From a virus, in the IMG/VR virus record IMGVR_UViG_3300009551_000003, positions 54,696 through 118,695 of that record: DNA of 64,000 nt. One strand, written 5' to 3'. The position numbers and the translations under genes are program-made. The notes under the pieces are model-generated. The model made no database searches. It had not been told where the DNA came from and worked only from the letters and a program-made list of their open reading frames with translations. Positions 45,249 to 52,519 of this stretch are shown here, in pieces; position 1 is the first letter of the stretch; every line of letters starts with the position of its first letter.

Positions 45249-46853
45249 TTAGATATCCAACTCGCGGCCGACCTTGGCGACTTCGTTGGCTTTGACGACG
45301 GACGCCGGCCGGGCCTTTTCCTTGGCCCAGTTGCGGAGCTTCGTGATCTTAGGCTCCGCAGACTTGCTCAGCGGATAGACATGCTTCGCAGCTTCGAGAA
45401 TGTCCGCCGTAGTGATCTCGCGAGCATCTTCTGCGAACGCCTCGAACAGCGCGGCCGGAACAAGCTCGGCGATCTCCGAACCCGTGAAGCCTTCCGACAC
45501 CTTGGCGACAGCTTCGAGGTTGATCTTGACGGTCTCGCGACCATGTTGCTTCAGCGCGGCTTTCAGAACGGCTTTACGTTCTTCGAACACCGGCAAGTCA
45601 ACGAACCAAGTTTCGTCGAACCGACCCTTGCGCAGAAGCTCCGGCGGGAGTGCTTCAACATCGTTCGCAGTGGCGATAATAAACGCCTCCGAAGTGCGGT
45701 CTTGCATCCACGACAGGATAGCGCCGAGAGCATCCGACGACACGCCGCCGTCAGCCGACCCCGAAGTCGCGCCCTGCATTGCCTTCTCGATCTCGTCGAT
45801 CCAGACCACGCAACGGCCGATCGCTTCGATCACCTTTAGAGCCTTCCGGAGGTTGCCCTCGCTCTCGCCCACGAACTTGCCCTTGAGAGCGCCAAGGTCA
45901 AGACGGAGGAGCGGGACTTCCCACGCGGTAGCGATGGCTTTCGCAGTGAGCGACTTACCGCAACCCGAGATACCGACAAGCACACCGCCCTTCGGCGACG
46001 GCAGACCATATTCTCGGGCCTTGGTGCTATATGCGCTCTTCCGAGAAACCAGCCAAGCCTTCAGGTTCTCCAAACCACCGACAGCGTCGAGGCCGCCCTT
46101 GATCGGATCAACCCATTCCAACACGCGCTCACGCGCGATGACTCGTTTCTTCTCATTTGACACGACAGCGGGGTCGATCTTCTTCGTCTGCACGAGCGAC
46201 TTAGCATAGCAGGCGGCGGCCTCTTCTGAAGTTAAGCCCACGGCCGCGTCGATCGCCGCGTCACGCGTGCCATTCGGGGCAGCGTCCGCGCGGAGAGTTT
46301 CCGGCAGTGAGTTGATCGCGGCCGACAGGACAGCCTCGATCTCCGAACGATCCGGGAGCGGCCACTCAATGACAGTCGCATGGCCGGCCAGTTCCGGCGG
46401 CAGATTAGTTTCGGTCGTCAAAATGATGACAGCCTGTGCGTTCTTCCGAGCAACGCCCGGGAGGTACTTCGCGAGATTGCGAAGCTGGCGAAGCGGCGTG
46501 GCGCCCGGCGTACCATTGAGCCACACCGGAAGATCACGCATGATCCACACGTTGCGCTGGCCATCCGCCGAAGATTTGTCGTCGGCACGCGCCTTGATTG
46601 CGCCAAGAGTTTCGCCCGGATCAGCCGAGCCAAGGCGGCTGTTCACTTTGCCATCCAGCCCGGTCACGCCTTGAGCCACGTCCCAGAACAACGGTTCGTA
46701 GCCGGCCGACGCACCGGCTTCGGCAAGGAAGCTCTCGACGCGAGTTTCTTCGCGAGAGATGATCCAGATCAAAGGATTGCGGGCGCGGAGGAGAGCCGAG
46801 ATATCGGCTGCAACCTTCTGGCCTTTAGACAGGGTCTTTGTTTCGGTAGTCAT
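45249..46853 (-). CDS. AAA+ ATPase, Ycf46-like
   Basis: RARNPLIWI...EETR, VGGLENLK.WL, Walker A GISGCGKS, Walker B VVWIDEIEK, SRH LPPELLRKGRFD. Confidence 0.9.
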   Translation of the reverse strand: MTTETKTLSKGQKVAADISALLRARNPLIWIISREETRVESFLAEAGASAGYEPLFWDVAQGVTGLDGKVNSRLGSADPGETLGAIKARADDKSSADGQRNVWIMRDLPVWLNGTPGATPLRQLRNLAKYLPGVARKNAQAVIILTTETNLPPELAGHATVIEWPLPDRSEIEAVLSAAINSLPETLRADAAPNGTRDAAIDAAVGLTSEEAAACYAKSLVQTKKIDPAVVSNEKKRVIARERVLEWVDPIKGGLDAVGGLENLKAWLVSRKSAYSTKAREYGLPSPKGGVLVGISGCGKSLTAKAIATAWEVPLLRLDLGALKGKFVGESEGNLRKALKVIEAIGRCVVWIDEIEKAMQGATSGSADGGVSSDALGAILSWMQDRTSEAFIIATANDVEALPPELLRKGRFDETWFVDLPVFEERKAVLKAALKQHGRETVKINLEAVAKVSEGFTGSEIAELVPAALFEAFAEDAREITTADILEAAKHVYPLSKSAEPKITKLRNWAKEKARPASVVKANEVAKVGRELDI

Positions 46854-46904
46854 ATGCAAGCTCCTAGTGCTGTAGGGGTTTGGGTTTGGATTTGGGTTTG
46901 TGCT

Positions 46905-47150
46905 TCAGGGACGAACGCCAGTGTCGTAATACATGCGAGCGAAAGCGATCATCGCGTTCCTCAATTCTTGCGCGTCCCGGTCTTTGCGGTATTGACGGCG
47001 TTCGCGGGTTTTGAAGTTGCCGGAAGGATGTTCGTATCCGACAAGATCACCGATCACGCGCTCGGCTATGAGTTTGTCGGCATCAACGCCGTTTGGCGCT
47101 GGGATTTTGCCGAAAATCTCGATCCACTGTTCTACGGGTCTTGCGTCCAT
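46905..47150 (-). CDS. hypothetical protein, first gene of the motif-bearing operon
   Basis: Preceded by CTACAGCACTAGGAG. Confidence 0.7.
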   Translation of the reverse strand: MDARPVEQWIEIFGKIPAPNGVDADKLIAERVIGDLVGYEHPSGNFKTRERRQYRKDRDAQELRNAMIAFARMYYDTGVRP

Positions 47151-47181
47151 TTTTGGTGTGCTCCTAGTGCTGTAGGGTTGG

Positions 47182-47251
47182 CCCAGAGATACGCTAGGCG
47201 CGGGAGCTACGCAATGACTGACTTGACAGATGGTAAAGATTCAGTTAAGAA
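47182..47251. promoter_or_regulatory. back-to-back promoters; the rightward one contains a near-full CtrA box and a GANTC site
   Basis: Minus: TTGCGT-N17-TATCTC. Plus: TTGACA(47223)-N17-TAAGAA. TTAA-N7-TTTACCAT on minus at 47230-47248, with GATTC at 47238. Confidence 0.6.
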
Positions 47252-47257
47252 ACTCAA

Positions 47258-47383
47258 ATGCCTGCCGAGGTGGGCGGCCTCTGCAACATGGGGCCAGCAA
47301 ATCTAATGATCACGGATAAGGGCATCTATTCCCCTCAATGAGAAGCCGCCGGGAGCATACACTCTCGGCGGCTTTTTCTTTTT
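47258..47383 (+). other. small stand-alone transcript: sRNA or leaderless 27-aa peptide (47258-47341)
   Basis: ATG lies at the predicted +1 and the terminator follows the stop directly. Confidence 0.5.
47343..47383 (+). terminator. intrinsic terminator
   Basis: AAGCCGCCGGGAG-CATACA-CTCTCGGCGGCTT then T-tract. Confidence 0.8.
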
Positions 47384-47462
47384 GATTATGATCTATAGTG
47401 ACCACATGCTCTTGGGTCGGACAAGTTACATAGGGGATTCCAACGGAAAGGAAACCCCACCA

Positions 47463-47621
47463 ATGGCCTTCGAAGTCGTCAAGGACGAACCCCTATCGCC
47501 AGACGAAGCTCAACTGAAAAGCAGACGTCGGGAGACCGCCCGGGCCGGCCCTAAGCCTCGCTCTGCCGCTGCGCCTGACGAGCTTCCAGACGGCGACCGT
47601 GAGCCTCCTGCACCGACTTAG
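47463..47621 (+). CDS. small hypothetical protein
   Basis: AAGGA RBS; MAFEVVKDEPLSPDEAQ. Confidence 0.45.
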   Translation: MAFEVVKDEPLSPDEAQLKSRRRETARAGPKPRSAAAPDELPDGDREPPAPT

Positions 47622-47724
47622 CCGGCAGCCTTGAACTGTTCGTTCGGATATTAGCGGCGCGCTCGGCCTGAAGCTCGGCCCGGCGCGGTCCGTTGATCTC
47701 GGCAATCCCTTCAAGGTCTCTCAT
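47551..47724 (-). CDS. small hypothetical protein
   Basis: AGGAG RBS before MRDLEGIAE; convergent overlap with the previous ORF. Confidence 0.4.
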   Translation of the reverse strand: MRDLEGIAEINGPRRAELQAERAANIRTNSSRLPAKSVQEAHGRRLEARQAQRQSEA

Positions 47725-47868
47725 TTTGGGACAATCTCCTGTTTCGGGAAGCTCCAGCTTACTCCGAATCCCGGGCACCGGAAAGCAAGAAGCTAGAGCG
47801 TAGTTAATAGCGCCTTAAAGCCCCAGAGGAAGCCCTACAGGGGCCATCCGGCTCCCGGGCGTAGGGCA

Positions 47869-48081
47869 TCAGATCGAATCCCAATCACCATGGGCGTCTA
47901 CGACTGCCTCGCCAGTGCTGAAAATCTCGGCCGGGTTCGCAACCACCGCCCCAAAGCCCTTGCCCTCGATAAGAATTACCACTTTGTTAGCTTGCTCGGG
48001 ATGATCGACCGCGTACTCGCCCCGGAGCATGTTGAGCACCGGACGCCATTGCCCCATCCACCAAAACTTGTACCGACTCAT
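47869..48081 (-). CDS. hypothetical protein
   Basis: MSRYKFWWMGQW..., ATGA-coupled. Confidence 0.45.
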   Translation of the reverse strand: MSRYKFWWMGQWRPVLNMLRGEYAVDHPEQANKVVILIEGKGFGAVVANPAEIFSTGEAVVDAHGDWDSI

Positions 48082-48407
48082 TCGGGACGCCTCTTGCAGT
48101 CGCCGGTCCCGCAGAGCGTGCAGAGGCCGCCCTTGCCCGGCATGCACGCCGGGTATTCGCGGCGTCCGATCGCGTCGGCAGATTTTCGAGCCATCCACGG
48201 AGGATATTGACTCGCCCGCTTTGAGGCCTGTTCTAGTTGATGCGTCAACCATCCGGACTGCGGCGCTACGGGAGCCGGCTTCGGCTCAAGCAGCGGCACT
48301 AAGGAAGCTGGCTTCGGCCCAAGCTTTAATGATACAACATCACAGACTTCGCGCCACGGCTCGTCATCAGAGTGTCGGAAAAACAGTTTGCCGGTGCTGA
48401 TCTTCAT
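48078..48407 (-). CDS. hypothetical protein with C-terminal Cys cluster
   Basis: C..G..LCTLCGTGDC; coupled. Confidence 0.5.
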   Translation of the reverse strand: MKISTGKLFFRHSDDEPWREVCDVVSLKLGPKPASLVPLLEPKPAPVAPQSGWLTHQLEQASKRASQYPPWMARKSADAIGRREYPACMPGKGGLCTLCGTGDCKRRPE

Positions 48408-48661
48408 TTCAGAACAGCCCTTCCGCCGACATACTTGTATGCGCTCTTCGGATGGCCCGAAAGCTTCGCGGCGCGATCGATGGCGCGGCCGGCGGGTCCC
48501 ATGGCTTCCCGGACTTGCCCCGCCTTGGTCAACCGTTCGCTGTTCTTGTGAACGTGTCCACGCTCGCGCAAGATTCGGAGCGCTTCGTCACGGGCCTGCG
48601 GGACTTTGGCGGTCGAAAGCTGGCGCGTTAGTCGAGTGATCAGGGGAAGATGTTTTGGCAT
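48404..48661 (-). CDS. conserved small basic phage protein
   Basis: GAGGG RBS; LT..G..R.AM....RAIDRAAK.SG....YKY. Confidence 0.65.
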   Translation of the reverse strand: MPKHLPLITRLTRQLSTAKVPQARDEALRILRERGHVHKNSERLTKAGQVREAMGPAGRAIDRAAKLSGHPKSAYKYVGGRAVLK

Positions 48662-49166
48662 AGGTCCCTCGGGCGGTTCGGCGCCTATCGAGCTTATCAC
48701 TTCTCACAGACTTTGCATAGGCCGCAAGCTCAGCCTGCAATTTGACGTCGATCTCGCCGGTCTTGATGAAGTGATTGCAAAACTTAGCGCGAATTTTCTT
48801 GATGCGATCTGGAGCGGAATCCGGGAGGGGTTTGCCGTAATGCGTGCCCGGCTTCCGGCCGCGACGTTTCGGCTGGTTCTCCAGAGATTTCTGCCACGCC
48901 ATGGCGATGATCTCGTCGGCGGATAGTTGCGGTCGCGAGAGGCGCTTTTGTTCAAGCTCGAACAGGATTCGCTCGGGGCTTTTGGGAGGCCGACCGATCT
49001 GTCCGGGATATTTCCGGCGACGGGGGCGCGGAGGTTCGCCTAGGCGTGGACGCCCGGGTTTAAATCCAGTTGGCTTGTAATATGATTTCCGCTCGGACTT
49101 GGGCGTCGATAGCCGATCGAGCGCGGCTTTCCTGTTCCATTCGATAGTTTCATCAGAGCTAGACAT
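48588..49166 (-). CDS. basic protein with several AT-hook-like motifs
   Basis: KPGRPR, IGRPPK, KRRGRKP. Confidence 0.55.
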   Translation of the reverse strand: MSSSDETIEWNRKAALDRLSTPKSERKSYYKPTGFKPGRPRLGEPPRPRRRKYPGQIGRPPKSPERILFELEQKRLSRPQLSADEIIAMAWQKSLENQPKRRGRKPGTHYGKPLPDSAPDRIKKIRAKFCNHFIKTGEIDVKLQAELAAYAKSVRSDKLDRRRTARGTYAKTSSPDHSTNAPAFDRQSPAGP

Positions 49167-50646
49167 TGGTCCGCAGTAGCAGATCGCGCAAACCCTGTCC
49201 AGAGATAGAATCAGCCAAAGAAACTTTTCCGTCGCAGATTGCCCAGTTGCGATCATCCACAGTGCCGTAGGTGCGCAGGCGCACAACCGCGACGCTGGTC
49301 TTCTTCCCCTTCAAACTGCCGCGCTCTTTACCTTGCTCAAAATGGATGGCGTTGGGCGTCGAGGAGAAGAACACGATGCAGTCCGCCGCAGAGAAGTCGC
49401 GGCCCTCGCCGCCGGCTCCCGGATGCCCCACGAGCACGGTATAGCGCGGGTCAGTGTTGAACGCGATGCGGATACCTTCGCGTTTCGAGTTCGGGACTCG
49501 ACCGTCAAATTGAAGGCACTTATGTCCGGCGCGCTTCAGCGCCGCCATGCAGCGATCGACATCCTCGTGATATCGGCACCAAACGAGCGTCTTCCCCGGC
49601 AGCGTCCCGTCCACCTCGTCAACGAGCGCCTGATAGATCGGCGCTTCGTCATCAATAGTGATAACCTCGTCGGTAGCTGTATCGATGATGTAGCCGTTGA
49701 GTATTTGCTGGAGCTTCATCATGCGAGGGCCGGCATCCTTAGCAGTCACGAGCCCGGCATCGAGATCGACCAAGTGTCGCGAAACCATCTCCAGATACGC
49801 CTTGCGCTGTTTTTCGCTCATGACTATCGGTCGCTCGATCGGCAGAAGATCAGGCATGTCCGGGACCTCGGAGCGCAGCACGACGCTGGCGTGAGGCGCG
49901 ATCAGGTCGCGAAGCTCGTCGAGATTCTTGTATCCCGTGATCTTCTTGTGAGCCCGGCGCCGCGCCCTGCCGAATTTAGTTTTTGCCTCCTCGACGTTTT
50001 CGATAACCGCGAAGTGCTGCACGAACTTTTCATAGGTGTCGAGATCAGGCCGGAGTGGCTGCCCGCGCATCAGGATTTTGAACATCGCGTAGGCGCGCAA
50101 CGGTGAGCTTAGCAACGGCGTTCCGGTCTCACCTGTTATGAATCGGGCTCGCATGGAGAGACGCTGGGCAAGTTTCGTGCGCTTCGAGGCTGCGTATCCG
50201 AAGTGATGCAGTTCGGAGATCGCCAACAGAAATTCGTGGTTGCACGAGGTCAAGAAATAGCGGATGGCCGCGATCGTCTCCGGAAAGCGGATTGACTCTA
50301 TGTTAACGGCGAGCCACTTCATGCCGTCGTAGTCGATCAACTCTTGGAAGCCGTTGATATGTTCGAAGTTGCCGCGCTTCGGCATTTCCCACGCGAAGGC
50401 CTTGACCTCGCCGACCTCGGGCCACGTCCACCGTGGTATTTCGTTCAAAATCCAATTGATGTGCACGCCATTCGGGGCGAGGATGATGCCGGCGCGGATG
50501 TTGCGCTTTTGATACTGGAAACAAGCCTTGTCGATCACGGCCTTGGACTTGCCTGTTCGCATAGACCAAAAAAGCGCGCGTGCTCTGGCGCTACGGCCGG
50601 CGCGATACTCTCTGTCTTGATGCTCCCACGCCCTGCGCTCAGCCAT
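49159..50646 (-). CDS. SNF2-family helicase
   Basis: MRTGKSK, SELH (degenerate DExH), TGTP, GGEGRDF, Q...R. Confidence 0.85.
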   Translation of the reverse strand: MAERRAWEHQDREYRAGRSARARALFWSMRTGKSKAVIDKACFQYQKRNIRAGIILAPNGVHINWILNEIPRWTWPEVGEVKAFAWEMPKRGNFEHINGFQELIDYDGMKWLAVNIESIRFPETIAAIRYFLTSCNHEFLLAISELHHFGYAASKRTKLAQRLSMRARFITGETGTPLLSSPLRAYAMFKILMRGQPLRPDLDTYEKFVQHFAVIENVEEAKTKFGRARRRAHKKITGYKNLDELRDLIAPHASVVLRSEVPDMPDLLPIERPIVMSEKQRKAYLEMVSRHLVDLDAGLVTAKDAGPRMMKLQQILNGYIIDTATDEVITIDDEAPIYQALVDEVDGTLPGKTLVWCRYHEDVDRCMAALKRAGHKCLQFDGRVPNSKREGIRIAFNTDPRYTVLVGHPGAGGEGRDFSAADCIVFFSSTPNAIHFEQGKERGSLKGKKTSVAVVRLRTYGTVDDRNWAICDGKVSLADSISGQGLRDLLLRTNV

Positions 50647-50784
50647 CCCGCCGGCTCAATTCCTGCAACACCTGATCATGTTCGAACCACGTGTCGTCTC
50701 CCGCGACTTCCTGATCATACAGACGCTCTTCGTAGTCTCGAAGAGCTTCAATAGTCCAGTCGGCGTAAGGGCGCGCGGGGTCAG

Positions 50785-50946
50785 TCATAGGACGTGATGA
50801 TTCCGGATCACGTCAACGCAAACAGTCGGGAGCCACATGCCTTGGTTCGGCCCCCACTCGCAATAGATACGCGGACCGTCCAAATCCGTTACCAGCATGA
50901 CTGGGCCGCCGGAGGCGAGACGTACTTTTGTTCCGATCGGTAACAT
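50785..50946 (-). CDS. YodC/DUF2158-like small protein (not in ORF track)
   Basis: IGTKVRLASGGPVMLV....IYCEW. Confidence 0.65.
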   Translation of the reverse strand: MLPIGTKVRLASGGPVMLVTDLDGPRIYCEWGPNQGMWLPTVCVDVIRNHHVL

Positions 50947-51210
50947 TCATCGCGCCCGATCATCGCGAAGAGCCTCGCGAGCTTCGGCGATTGACATTCG
51001 GTGCAGACCACGACTGACGCACCACGAGCGTTGCGAAGCCGACGCCCCCATGTCTACCCAATATGTTTCGGTCGGGCTCAGTCCTTGCAGCCGATAAGTC
51101 TCATGGTCGCCTTGAACAAGGATCACTCGCCTATCCGGCATGCGATGGAGATCGAGATCGACTTGAACGCGAACCCATTGAGCTTGATGACCTACACAAG
51201 CGATTCTCAT
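50947..51210 (-). CDS. hypothetical protein
   Basis: GGAG RBS, coupled. Confidence 0.5.
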   Translation of the reverse strand: MRIACVGHQAQWVRVQVDLDLHRMPDRRVILVQGDHETYRLQGLSPTETYWVDMGASASQRSWCVSRGLHRMSIAEAREALRDDRAR

Positions 51211-51386
51211 AGCAACTCCGCGCATCCGGGGCAGTAATGTTCGTTGCTCTTCATGACCCAACCCTCTTCCTTGGCGTGGCCCCAGCACTTCCTGAAGTCG
51301 TCGAGGTCTTCGGTCACTTCTATCGTCTCGTCACACGCATCGCAGCAAAAGACGAGCAGCCCACGGGCCGGCCTTTCAAAACTCAT
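51207..51386 (-). CDS. small Zn-ribbon protein
   Basis: CDAC...GW...HYCPGC. Confidence 0.6.
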   Translation of the reverse strand: MSFERPARGLLVFCCDACDETIEVTEDLDDFRKCWGHAKEEGWVMKSNEHYCPGCAELL

Positions 51387-52282
51387 ACCCGGTCCACCAC
51401 TTCGAACTTGCCGTGATGCCACTCGAAGTCAACCGCCGGGAAGGCGCCCGCGTTCGGGTCTCTCAGATGGATGCCGTCACGCCCGCGAATCTTGACACGA
51501 GCGACGCCGCCGCGCACGTCAACTTCACTAATGTCGAGCGCTTCGTGCATCGGCATGTCACTTGAAGTCTCGTGCATGACCTTGACCGGGATTCCCCAGT
51601 CATGGTTGATATAGTTGTGGAAGCCGTAGACCTCGCGACTATAGGCGGCATATTGTGTAAGAAACGTCTGCTCGGCCTCCTCCGGCGTCCATGGCTGAAT
51701 GACAATCCCCATCGGCTCAAGCTTGTGCCCCCAATCGTTGGGACTGCAACTCATGAGTTGAGCGCGTTCGTCAACGATGATCCGCGAATCGAACTCGTCT
51801 TGGAAGCTCGGAATGGGGATGTTCTTCCAACCCATCCACTCCCGGATCACATCGTTGACGGCGTGATCCCAGACGCGGTACTGCGGCATGTATTGCTTGA
51901 CAGGACGCGGCACATCCACGAGGTAGGCCTCGGGCGCGTCGTGCATGAGAATCTGGAGGCAGTCGAGCGCCGAACCGCCGCGACGGGCCAGCCATTCCGC
52001 CAGCAAACAACAGTGCTGGGCAACGGGATAGAAGAACGCGACGTGGCCGGAGTAGCGGCACTGGTTGGAGAGAGCGTGCGCGATGTCGATCACGGACAGG
52101 GCGTCCATCGTCGGATTGAGCGGCCAGAACGCGCGGCCGGTGTAAGTTTCGATGAATGTCGCGGCCTTGTATCTCGTGTCGGTCGGCAAAACTTTTTCGG
52201 TTGCGGCCTGTACCGCTTCGTTAATCTCGCGCTGATCGTCTTCTGTGACCACGACCACGCGACCTTCGGGGGACGAAGACAT
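51383..52282 (-). CDS. HD-domain 5'-deoxynucleotidase-like (YfdR/YfbR type)
   Basis: DIAHALSNQCRYSGH...Y.VAQH...LMHDAPEAYL.D.PRP.K. Confidence 0.85.
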   Translation of the reverse strand: MSSSPEGRVVVVTEDDQREINEAVQAATEKVLPTDTRYKAATFIETYTGRAFWPLNPTMDALSVIDIAHALSNQCRYSGHVAFFYPVAQHCCLLAEWLARRGGSALDCLQILMHDAPEAYLVDVPRPVKQYMPQYRVWDHAVNDVIREWMGWKNIPIPSFQDEFDSRIIVDERAQLMSCSPNDWGHKLEPMGIVIQPWTPEEAEQTFLTQYAAYSREVYGFHNYINHDWGIPVKVMHETSSDMPMHEALDISEVDVRGGVARVKIRGRDGIHLRDPNAGAFPAVDFEWHHGKFEVVDRV

Positions 52283-52285
52283 AGG

Positions 52286-52519
52286 TCAGATACCTTCCAA
52301 TTGATCGTAGCCTTGGAGAATTTTCTGGGCGAGGGCGTAGGCCTCGTCGGCGGGGAGAACTTGGTAGCTCAGAACTCCAGTTGCATTACGGTGAAGGATT
52401 CGCATCAGACTTTGATCGCGATCTATCGCCACTTCGTAGCCATCGGCTACTTTCGGGTCCGCATTCGCGGGTACGGTTTTTGTCGGCACGCCACTTCCCC
52501 CCTGTACTGCATTCATCAT
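52286..52519 (-). CDS. hypothetical protein
   Basis: Coupled to the polymerase stop. Confidence 0.55.
   Translation of the reverse strand: MMNAVQGGSGVPTKTVPANADPKVADGYEVAIDRDQSLMRILHRNATGVLSYQVLPADEAYALAQKILQGYDQLEGI

Larger units (their letters stand above)
44278..47175 (-). repeat. four dispersed copies of start-associated motif CTACAGCACT(A)GGAG
   Basis: Copies at 44278-44292, 45158-45171, 46861-46875 and 47161-47175, each 6-10 nt before an ATG. Confidence 0.9.

Noticed and set aside
46876-46900. Telomere-like repeat as a genome end
   Set aside because: Only four imperfect units inside an operon, with no protelomerase or terminal structure
44278-47175. CTACAGCACTAGGAG copies as a CRISPR-like array
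   Set aside because: Spacing is irregular (300-1700 nt), each copy contains an SD and whole genes lie between them
42286-52282. Z-base (2-aminoadenine) genome suggested by HD and DUF5664 enzymes
   Set aside because: No PurZ-like gene is in the window, and both families occur widely without it
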